A stretch of DNA of 64,000 nucleotides from Malacoraja senta (taxonomy: Eukaryota). Under the pieces are notes generated by a model. It saw nothing but the letters and a program-made list of their open reading frames with translations. It searched no databases and was not told the origin of the DNA. Location: the NCBI GenBank assembly GCA_038087875.1, contig CM075992.1:2172001-2236000 (forward strand). Direction: 5' to 3'. Shown here piece by piece: positions 12,741 through 23,000 of this stretch (position 1 is the first letter of the stretch; every line of letters starts with the position of its first letter). The position numbers and the translations under genes were made by a program.

Positions 12741-13184
12741 ATGGCAAGCGGAGTGACTGACGGCCCGTGCGATCCGCCTCCAACCGAGGGAGAGTTGGAG
12801 CAGGAGGATGAGCTGGAGCTGCAGGCCCAGGAGTACATGGACCACGTGCGCAACCCCGAGTTGTGCGGCCCCCGGCCCCGCAGCTGCCCACTGGAGCCGT
12901 GCAGCGGCAGCAGCAGCAGCAGCAACGCGGCAGCAGGTCCAGCGCCTCTGACCCAAGTGTCCGGCTGCGGACCAGTCAGGTGCAGCCCGTCGACAACGTG
13001 CAGTCCAGTCTCCTCTCCCTCCCCTGGGAGCTGGTCCTGGAGATCTGCTCCTACCTGGACGCCAGGTTCGTGCTCGGAGTCCTCCCCTTGGTGTGCCGAG
13101 CATTCCAGTGCGTCCTGACCGATGAGGTGACCTGGAGAATACGGGCGCAGAAGATCCTTGGCTTGACCTACCCAGTGTTGGAAG
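12741..13184 (+). CDS. FBXW9: F-box/WD repeat protein 9, first coding exon (F-box), with a frameshift; downstream exons absent at the gap
   Basis: ELQAQEYMDHVRNP in one frame and SASDP...SLLSLPWELVLEICSYLDARFVLGVLPLVCRAFQCVLTDEVTWRIRAQKILGLTYPVLE in another both match the recalled FBXW9 N-terminus; acceptor TTGCAG ending 12703; donor G|GTTGGT at 13184/13185. Confidence 0.85.
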
Positions 13185-13205
13185 GTTGGTGACCAGCGCA
13201 TAGAC

Positions 13206-13376
13206 CAGGGGTTCCCAACCTTGTTCGTCCCGTTTACCCCCGGCAACTTTAATAGCACATAACAATGTTATTTCACTTATTTAAGAACAACTAATGATGA
13301 ACAGATACCAGAACCAAGCACAGTCAGTCAATGAGAAAACATATGTACAAATCAGAATTGACACATTTACCCCCTA
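13206..13376 (+). mobile_element. hAT (Charlie-like) DNA transposon left-end fragment
   Basis: Begins CAGGGGTTCCCAACCTT, a hAT-type TIR; no matching right TIR seen. Confidence 0.55.
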
Positions 13377-13604
13377 ACTTTTGTCCATGCATCGAAGCTA
13401 GTCCCATTTGCCTATATTTAGTCCATATCCTGCTAAACATTTTCTACCCATGTACCTGCCCAAGTGTCTTTTAAATGGTGTTAATGTACTTGCCTCGACC
13501 ACCTTCTGTGGCAGTCTGTTCCACATAGCCACCGACATCTGAGTGGAAAAGTTGCACTTCAGGGAGGTATTAAATCTTGCCCCTCTGAAGTTATTGTCCT
13601 CTTG

Positions 13605-13804
13605 NNNNNNNNNNNNNNNNNNNNNNNNNNNNNNNNNNNNNNNNNNNNNNNNNNNNNNNNNNNNNNNNNNNNNNNNNNNNNNNNNNNNNNNNNNNNNNNN
13701 NNNNNNNNNNNNNNNNNNNNNNNNNNNNNNNNNNNNNNNNNNNNNNNNNNNNNNNNNNNNNNNNNNNNNNNNNNNNNNNNNNNNNNNNNNNNNNNNNNNN
13801 NNNN
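13605..13804. other. Assembly gap (200 N)
   Basis: Run of N. Confidence 1.
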
Positions 13805-14309
13805 TTGTTCATTGTATTGTTTTCGACATAATTAAACACTCGTGACTCTCTTGACACTTTACGTTCATCAGTATTTGAGATAAAATGTATTACTGAGAAG
13901 CAGGGGAATTGGACTAATGAAATTGCTCTGATAGCCAGCATGATGGGCTGTAAGACCACCCACATTTGAGGTTGTTCTGAGAGCCAGCATGGACTCGATG
14001 GGCTGAAAGGCCTCCTACATGAGATTGCTCTGAGGACCAGCATGGAAACGTGAATGGCACGATTGTAATCGTGCATTGTCTTTCTGCTGACTGGTCAGCA
14101 CTGGTTACCAAAAGCTTTTCACTTGCACACGTGACAATAAACTAAACTATATGAATAGAAAGGAACTGCAGATGCTGGCTCACACCAAAGGTAGACACAG
14201 AATGCTGGAGTAACTCAGCGGGACAGGCAGCATCTCTGGAAAGAAGGAAAAGGCTAAACTACATGAAATTGCTCTGAGGGCCAGTATGGACTCCATGGGC
14301 TGAAAGGTC

Positions 14310-14457
14310 TCAGCTCCACCACGTGACCAGTCGCGGTGTCCCCCGTGTGCGCACGCGCCTAACCTACAATGCATCGCGCGGCGAGAAGATGGCGGCGCCC
14401 ATGGACTGGATTTAACGGGTCGTTTTTGCTCACGAAGGCCTCCTTTTCCTCGGCGTC
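14310..14457 (+). promoter_or_regulatory. ALKBH7 CpG-island promoter and 5' region
   Basis: CACGTG E-box near 14320; NRF1-like TGCGCACGCGC 14348-14358; YY1 motif AAGATGGCGGC 14386-14396. Confidence 0.7.
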
Positions 14458-14721
14458 ATGAGTCCGAGCGGCCTGTGTGTGCGGGCCCTGGGCCGGGGCA
14501 GGGCGCTGAGGCCGCGGGAGTTGCTGCTGCAGCCCCACAGGCCTCACGGAGCGCCGGGCCCGCAGCTGATGCTCGCCTCCAGCCCCGCGCTGGCCCAGCG
14601 CTTATCCCGGGACGTGGAGCTGCGGCCCGGCTTCGTCAGCCCGGCCGAGGAGGCGGCGCTGCTGCAGGAACTGGAGCCGCGGCTCAAGCGCCAGCGCTAC
14701 CAACGCGATCACTGGGACCAG
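14458..14721 (+). CDS. ALKBH7: ALKBH7 exon 1
   Basis: MSPSGL...[10 protein letters not shown]...RYQRDHWDQ, then GTAGGC; Arg-rich presequence-like N-terminus. Confidence 0.92.
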
Positions 14722-14891
14722 GTAGGCTGCACCAATGGCGATCAAAGGCCAAAACTACCAAGGTGACCACCACCTTCTGTGTGGGAAACCTACCCTTAGA
14801 TCTCCTTTAAATGTCTCCCCTCTCGCCTTAAAACTCTACACTCCCCTGCCCGACCCTATCTATGCCTCTCATTGTCTTATCAATCTTTAAG

Positions 14892-14960
<69 letters not shown>

Positions 14961-17218
14961 GTGTGTGTGTATGTATGTGTGTGTGTATATAGATATATAG
15001 ATATATATATCTATCTATATATATATATATATATATATATATCTATATATATATATATATATAAATATATACACATCTTGCATTTTTTTCTCGTTTGTTT
15101 CTCGAGTCATGGGATATGGGGAGAAGGCAGGAACGGGGTACTGATTGGGGATGATCAGCCATGATCACATTGAATGGCGGTGCTGGTTCGAAGGGCCGAA
15201 TGGCCTACTACTGCACCTATTGTCTATTGTCTATTGCTTCCTATAAGCAGTCCCTGTAAGCCTAACCATCGTAAACACACTAAGATCTAATATCTGTCAC
15301 TTTTTCCATGGTTGGTTGGTTCAACGATTCCACTGTCCCTTCAATTCTCCAAATACCGCATCCCTTTCTAAAGGAAAATCAGATGTGATATATTCATTTT
15401 AGATTTAACCTCTGGATCCACACACAGGTTGCCACCTTGATCCCAATGGTCCCTACTTTTTCCCTAGTTGACCGCTTGCCCTTAATATACTAATAGCATA
15501 AAGCCACAGACATACAACGTTGAAACGGACCATTTTGATCCAACTCATCCAAGCGTCCAAAGTGCCTTCCATTTGCCCACAACCTTCTGAACCTTTGCTA
15601 TTCGTGAACCAGTCTAACTGTTTTAAACATAGTAATTGTACTCACCGCAGGGATTTTTCTCAATCTTGCCTGTTGGGGACATTTTGTGCCACTTCACCCT
15701 GCTATTTACATTGTGAAGAGTATGCTGTAGTAGATAGCTCAGGGTTGTGATTGATTTTTTTCTCCCTATTTCTGTTAACTGATCTGAGGCAATCCATGGT
15801 TATCGAGAGATTGAGAAGTCGGAGTGGAGTGAGCAGAATGCAGCTATCCTGCAGCGGCTGCGGGATATAGCATTCCCCCCGGGGGTGCCTCAGCTCTCAA
15901 TGGTGCATGTACTGGACCTCGAGAAGACGGGTTTCATCAATCCTCACGTGGACAGTGTGAAGGTTAGTGTCCAACCAAAGCAAGCTTGACGTATTTGGAC
16001 TCTTCTACCTTTTACCCTCATTCATGTGTTGGAATTGGTCTATTCACAGTATTTGGGGATTTGGACCCCAATGCAAAAGAATGATAGTAAATACTTTATG
16101 TACTTTCCTTCCTAAACCAATTTTTGAAAATTTCTGTTGAGATCGCCTTCCACAGCCCCTCAGGAAGCATTACCCAGAGCACAACAGCTCGCTCCATATC
16201 ATGCACACACCCGCTTACATTGGCATGGACACACACACACATTTGCTCATTCATTCACATCCATTGGAGCATTATGTAACTATTTGTCTTTCTTAATTCC
16301 TATCAAAATGTTTAGTTACGTTCCTATCTAGTGTCCAAATGTGCAGTAAAAATTGTTCTTAAAATGTTTTTAGATGGGCTTTGATTAAGATACAGTGTTG
16401 TGTGTGCAATATGTGTGCGCACTGGCACAGTTGTGTGCTTGCGTGATAGAGCACTGGTCATTCTGTGGTGAGTTACCTGCCGGCGCCCCCTCTCTCCTGG
16501 CAGTTCTGTGGGGACACGATTGCCGGCCTGTGCCTGCTGTCGGGCAGCGTGATGCGGCTGCTGAGTGAAGACAACAGCGAGGACCGAGTGGATTTGCTGC
16601 TGCAGCAGCGGTGTGCCTACGTCCTGCGGTGAGCTGCAGAGTGGGGCCAGACTGGAGAAATGGGAGGAGGGAGAAGAACAGCAAATGACAGAGGAAAAAA
16701 TAGAGGGTGTTTGTGTAGTGGAGGATGTGTGAGGGAGATAAGAGGCATGCGTGTCGTGTCTGCATCTGGATATGTGTCTCTGTGTCTGTATGTGTGTGGT
16801 TGTGTCTTTCTGTCTGTGTATGTGTTCCTTTCGGTCCGTGTGTGTGTCTCTGTCTTTTTCTCTGTGTGTGTGTGTGTGTGTGGTTGTGTGTTTGGTGTTG
16901 TGTGGTGTTGTGTGTGTACCCGCCCGCATGTGTATAAAAGAGAGAAATGAAGATGTGGGTTGTAACGGAAAGAGTTAGGAGGATGAAGGAAAGTGGGAGA
17001 ATGTCCGGGATGGGATAGGAAGGAGCATTGCATCCTTTCTCCCCTCGTTCACTACGGGGCCGGGGGTGTTTTACAGGGGAGCCGCACGATACCAGTTCAA
17101 CCACCAGATCCTGAAAGAGGAGGAGTCGTTCTTCGGTGGACAGAAGGTACTTCGCGATCGTCGGATCTCAGTAATCTGCAGGAACCTGCCTGTTAGCCCA
17201 GTGGCAGCGACAGGGTGA
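14458..17218 (+). CDS. ALKBH7: AlkB homolog 7, mitochondrial 2OG-Fe(II) dioxygenase; 4 exons, 234 aa
   Basis: Exons 14458-14721, 15789-15962, 16504-16628 and 17077-17218 join in frame through GT-AG introns (705 nt); [19 protein letters not shown] (HxD), distal His (FNHQI) and RRISVICR. Confidence 0.96.
14893..15072. repeat. (TG)/(TA)n microsatellite in ALKBH7 intron 1
   Basis: Read directly. Confidence 0.95.
15789..15962 (+). CDS. ALKBH7: ALKBH7 exon 2
   Basis: [13 protein letters not shown]...[20 protein letters not shown], then GTTAGT. Confidence 0.95.
16504..16628 (+). CDS. ALKBH7: ALKBH7 exon 3
   Basis: [19 protein letters not shown]...AYVLR, then GTGAGC. Confidence 0.95.
17077..17218 (+). 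CDS. ALKBH7: ALKBH7 exon 4
   Basis: [20 protein letters not shown]...[11 protein letters not shown]...stop. Confidence 0.95.
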
Positions 17219-17358
17219 CCAGGTCTGGGTAACTCCACTGATTCATTCATGGTCTAACATGGTGTTGTGCCATTGCATTTTGTTGGCTATGTGTCCCTCC
17301 CTCCCTATAATCACACACCAGGTCATCTCTTCAGCAATCTTTATTTGAATAGAGAGCG

Positions 17359-17402
17359 AATAAATCTTAAGCATTGAACAGCAGTCTTTAAAATAAATAA
17401 AT
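17359..17402 (+). terminator. ALKBH7 polyadenylation signals
   Basis: AATAAA at 17359-17364 and overlapping copies from 17392. Confidence 0.6.
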
Positions 17403-18391
17403 AATTTAGATACATAAATATTTCTGACAACATGAACCATCAGCAATCTCTGGCTCCCGCTGTTCGTCACTGAATCTGCCTCCTGCTCTCTCTCCGCCCA
17501 CCCCCACCCCCACAGCCCAAACTTCAAACCACCTTCATCATGGAGAATGGAAATGTTAAATACTAGTGACCAGAGGGCCAGTTTCAATATAAATACTTGT
17601 CACATTTACAGCATTGAGCTTAGCTGCAGTTCAGCAGGCGAGATAAAGTCTGTAATTCTCTAAAGGATTGACTTGAACAACTCCTAACCCTTGGTCCGAA
17701 ACCCTTGGTCTGTTCTGACCTGACCCTTGTATTTCAGGAATGTTTGTTTGTCTGGGTCCGTGTGTGTCGGGGTGTGGGGGTGCGTGTGTGAGTGTGTGTT
17801 GGGGGACGTGGTACATGTATGACTGTGTGTTGGGGTCTGTGGCTGGGTGTGTGTGTGTGAGTGCCTGGGCGTGTGTCTGTGTCTCTCGCCCCAGTTGTGC
17901 ACAGGACGGGTTGGTTCCCCGGGCTGATCGCTGCAAAGTGCGATGAATCCCGAGGTGGTCCTGCACCATTTCCCCCCCCCCCCCCAGCTTCGCCTTGTCT
18001 GACAGCGCATGTCCCCCGCCAGCAGGCTGCTGGTACTGAGTCACATCCAGCCCTCCAGTCCAGCCTGGCTGGGATTAGTACATTGGGATGGTTGACAAGG
18101 ACAGAGCGCTCCACGGGTATGGGGAACTAGTGTCTCGCATACGAGGCACTGTCAGAACACCCCACCCAACACCCTCCCCCCTCCCCCATCTCAACTACAA
18201 AGTTGGTTATGTACCCTAACACAGCACTGGTGGGGATCTGCGCTGGAACTTAATCACTTTGTTTTTTCAACGTCCCCCTGCCCATCTGGCTCAAGAATTT
18301 GCCTCCTTTTCAGACCTGGTCTTCTTAAACTCCCCCCCCCCTCCCCATAAACCCCCCCCCCTCCCCCCCCCCCCCAACCTCCCCCCGCGGG

Positions 18392-18852
18392 TTAACCAAT
18401 GCAGCTGCACTCTGATGCGGAGAGCTTCTCCACAGTTTGCCAGCGGTTGGTGGTGTCGAGGAAGGTGACGTCCTTGAACTGCGTGGGGCGGCAGCAGGGG
18501 TAGCTGACGATCTTCTCCCGGGACAGGTTGAGCAGCTCGGCCTTGCGCAGGAGCAGCGACAGGGTGAGGTCGTGGTTGGTGAGGGTCAGGGGGCAGCTGC
18601 CGCTGCAGTACTTGAAGAGGACTATCTCGTCGGACTGGTAGCCCAGGCCCAGGTCCTGCACCCGCAGCTGCAGCGCCCGCAGCCTGCAACCCCGCTCCTC
18701 CCACGCATCGCCCTTCCTCATCACAAACATCTTGCGCTTCCTGCGGGACCTGCCTGGGAGCGACTGCGGGTCGGAAGCTTCAAGCGACAACACTGGAATG
18801 GGAGATGGTGTAGACTCCTCCTCTGGCCCGAAGTCAGAAACTCTGGACATCA
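18392..18852 (-). CDS. PSPN: PSPN exon 2 (pro-region end and mature cystine knot)
   Basis: Acceptor TTCTTGCAG; CRLRALQLRVQDLGLGYQSDEIVLFKYCSGSC...PCCRPTQFKDVTFLD...ECSCIG stop. Confidence 0.9.
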
Positions 18853-20059
18853 CTGCAAGAAACAGCACATCAATTAATACCCCAACAACGGATGGCTCTT
18901 GTGCTTCAGTATCAGTTTATTGTCACGTGTACCCAAGTACAGTAAAAACATTTTGTTGCATGATAACCAGTCAGTGGAAAGACAATACATGATTACAATT
19001 GATCCATTACATTGTATAGATACATGATAAGGGAATAACATTTAATGCAAGGTAAAGCCATGAATTAATATCCCAACAAGCAATCGGAAACACCACTCAG
19101 TAATCACACGTCGGTGGCAGGCGTATAATTTGAACAAGCAGAAATATCCATTTCTGAGATTCTGAATATGAAAGCTGACTTTAGTACGTTTCCACACATC
19201 TCCGAATCCTGCGGTCCTAAAGACTACTCCTCTCCAGGCTTGAGTTGTTCAAATACATTTATAGTATCATGCATAGGAAGGAACTGCAGATGCTGGTTTA
19301 AACCGAAGATAGACACAAAAAGCCAGAGTAACTGAGTGGGACAGACAGCAGCATCTTCAAACCTTTCATTCTTTTGATCTTAGCACCTTTTCATCTCCAG
19401 TTTCCCTCTCTCCTGACTGTCTGAAGAAGGGTCTCGATCCGAAACGTCACCTATTCCTTTTCTCCAGAGATGCTGCCTGACCCGCTGAGTTACTCCAGCA
19501 ACTTGTGTCTATCTATAGTATCGTACACCTGATTTAAGCACAACATTTAGGCACCAGGATGAGCAACCAGCTGAATGTTGTCAAATTCCTTAAACTGTTG
19601 TTTACAGACTAGGAACATCAGGCTTCATAACTGAAAGCACGCATGTGAATCAGATGGTAGATAAAAATGCTGGAGTAACTCAGCGGGTCAGGCAGCATCT
19701 CTGGAGAAAAGGAATAGGTGACGTTTTGTGTGGAGACCCTTCTGTCTGCCCTTCCAGTCTGATGAAGGGTCTCAACCCGAAACGTCACCTATTCCTTTTC
19801 TCCAGAGATGCTGCCTTACTGAGATGCTGAGTTACTCCAGCATTTTGCGTCGATCTTCAGATAAAACTAAAATATCACTAAAAAACTAAAGTACACACAC
19901 ACTCCAGAACGTCACCGAAAGTCATCCTGTAACCGTGATGGGATGGGGGAAGCCTCACTTACCAGGCAAATGCGGTGCTGGCTCCCTGGTTTCTGGAGGT
20001 GCACTTCCCCTGACAATGGGGAAAGCAATGAGTAGGGCGAGCAGTGTGGGGACTGCCAT
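18392..20059 (-). CDS. PSPN: GDNF-family neurotrophic factor, persephin by synteny; 2 exons, 185 aa
   Basis: Exon 1 20059-19963 (signal peptide MAVPTLLALLIAFPIVRG), phase-1 intron, exon 2 18852-18392; RRKR furin site; LGLGY, YCSGSC, PCCRP and ECSC give the seven-Cys knot; lies between ALKBH7 and GTF2F1 as human PSPN does. Confidence 0.85.
19963..20059 (-). CDS. PSPN: PSPN exon 1 (signal peptide)
   Basis: ATG, hydrophobic leader and donor G|GTAAGT; phase matches exon 2. Confidence 0.8.
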
Positions 20060-23000
20060 TGTCCTAGCGTCCGGAGATCCCCTCTTGCGGCGAGCAGGCA
20101 GAGCGGCTATCCCCGCGATCGCTCCCAGTTCTTGATCTGAATCTAATTTCAGCCGCTCTTGCCCCGCTGCTGCCGAATGTTGTGTGATGGAGCGAGTGAA
20201 TTGAAGTATTTAAAGCGCATCGCTCTCCCTGAATCCTTGCACCGGCACATATTTCATAGGACATTCCTGGCATGTCTAGCCGGTGAGCTGCCGGGTGTCA
20301 GCAAGTCCACATACCTCAGGGAGCTACAGAAACCACGCTCACCGTGAGCAAAGCAAAGCTCATCCTGCTCCTGCCAATGAATCATCGGCTGCAGGCCAGC
20401 AGTACCCGCCCAGCCCACCAGAGGCAGCACCTGCCTCATGACCGCCCTCCACCAGGTCTCACTCCGCATCTGCCCTTCTAGTCTTAAAATTCCTTAAAAG
20501 GATGGCAGTGGAGCAGACATCACTCTCACTGTTGCGTTAAAATGGGGGTCTCTGTCTCAAGCCAAAGCCTTCGGTTTAATCCGAATCGCAAGTGTGCACA
20601 GATCTCTCAGCTCACGTGGACCAGACACGATACAAACACCTGTACACAAAACCCATCGTATCTGTGAAGACACAAACCTGGTTGTATCCAAGTACACCTG
20701 GTCGCATGCAACACCTATGCTGCACCCAAAGCCCCATGTTCCTGCACTGTGAACCAAGCCCATCCAACACCTGTTCCATAACCAGAACCCATTGCCATTC
20801 CAGGGCATGTTTCACACCTGCGAGATCCTCAACCCATCACACACCCAGAGTGCGCTCTTAAAAATCTCCCACTTGCACCGTGTCCAAAACCCGCTCACAT
20901 CTGTACTGGGTCTGGAGTCCCTCGCACAGCAAGAGGCCAGCACGCAGGTGTAAATAACCTGGGCAGTAAATGGCCTTGGACGTCAACGAGACCTTTACAT
21001 TCACAAGTGACAGGCAATAACCATCTTCAACAAGACCATCTAATCACCTCTCATAACATTCAACATTCACCAGCCCTCTGCACTCTGTGGGTCAATGTTG
21101 ACCAGGAGTTTAACTGGCCTGGGTTGCTACAAGGGGTGGATCTGCAATCACGCATTCAATCACTCTTTTAAATCCATACTCCAACAGCAGCATTTCTTAC
21201 TTTCCCTTTTATCAAGTACCTAAACACTGGACTGCCGATTGTAATCATGCATTGTTTTTCTGCTGACTGGTTAGCTCACAACAAAAGCTTTTCACTGAAC
21301 CTCGGTACACGTGGCAATAAACTCAAACTCTCTCCTCCTCATCTACAAAACACAGTTAGAAACACAATGGAACACTCTGCTTGCTGCAACCAAGTGCAAT
21401 GCTCAAGAAACCCATCAACAAACAGAGCACTTTGCTTGAATTAGGGATCTAAGTAATCTCCTCCACAACTGTTATACAATAACTGCAGTGGTTATTTGCT
21501 AAAGCTGCTATGTCAAACTGGTGACCTCGACCACCATGTAGAAGGATATCAGACAGACAGGAGTGTTAATACCACTGGATTCCCCTCCACTTAGCACACC
21601 TTTACCACATAGACTCTCAACTCCCACTGCACCATCACATAATCTCTCAGAGTATGGAGTAACCCATCATCATGGGTTACTCCATCAGTGCAGAGGGAGA
21701 AGAGGAGGGAAGAGACTGCAGACCTAAGACTTTTGCCTCCATCACAGTGAGGAGATGTTGGGTGGACTCACTGTGGTGGATGTTAATATGTGTTTATTGT
21801 TGTTTTATGTATGACTGTTGCAATTTCGTTCAGACTTCGGTCTGAATGACAATAAAGGGCTATCTAATCTATCATGTCCATACTAAAGATAGACACAAAA
21901 TGCTGGAGTAACCCAGCGGGACGGGCAGCATCTGTGGAGAAAAGGAATAGGCGACGTTTCGGGTCAAAGCCCTTCTTCAGACAGAACCCATTCAGCATGC
22001 AGAATAACTGATATCTTCAGACTGAAGAAGGGTTCTGACCCAAAATGTCACCTATTCCTCCTCTCAAGACGCACTGAGTTACTCCAGCATTTGGTGCCTA
22101 TCTTCGGTATAAACCTGTGTGTGTATATATATATATATATATTCTACACATATATATACAGGCAGACATTGGAGAAGGTCCAGAGGAGGTTTACGAGAAT
22201 GATCCAGGGATGATTGGGTATGAGGAGATCGACGGGCCTGTACTTGCTGGAGTTTAGAAGGATGAGAGTGGATTTCCTTGAAAACGACTGAATAATGAAG
22301 GATGTGGAAAAGATTTATTTTAATAGTGGCAGAGTATAGGATGAGGGCATGGCCTCAGAATAAAAGGACATACTTATAGAATGGAGATGAGGAATTTCTT
22401 TAGCCAGAGGGTGGTGAATCTATGGAATTCATTGCCACCGATGGCTGTGGGGGTGGAGACCAAATCATTGGATATTTTTAAAGTGGAGATTGATAACTTC
22501 TTGATCAGTAACGGCATTAAAGATTATTGGGAGAAGACAGGATTGGGGTTGAGAGGAAAAAGTAAGAGGAAGAGTAAGCCATATTTGAACGGCAGAGCAG
22601 ACGATAGGCTGAATGGCCTAATTCCGCTCCTATGTCTTATGGAACTGGCTGCTGCAGCATTTCTTTCTGAGCAGGAGGGGAATGCAGAGGGAAATACCCA
22701 CAGCAAAGCCATCCAACACTGGTGCTTCACTGTGAAGAGGGTGCTTCCTTTAGTGATCCATCACTCACAAGGTGCTTTTGATATTTACAACTCCTCGAAA
22801 TGCTTGGTTGAATTTTCTCGGTATAACCCTGCAGACTGTGCTCGTAAATCCCTCAGCACCTGATCTCCAGCCTAATCCCCTCACAAATCACCCTGGCTGC
22901 TTCAGGGAGAACATTTCCACCTGCAGGCTCCCCTCACCAGGACCCTGAGCAAAAGCAAAGCAGTCGTAGAGATTGCAAGGCAGCGACTGCCTGCACTCGG

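Noticed and set aside
12522..13265. Antisense ORFs of 216-247 aa over FBXW9
   Set aside because: GC-rich shadow ORFs running through CR1 and hAT sequence.
13917..14310. Repeated ~50-bp units upstream of ALKBH7
   Set aside because: They match old SINE tail sequence also seen near 29975 and 55820; not locus-specific.
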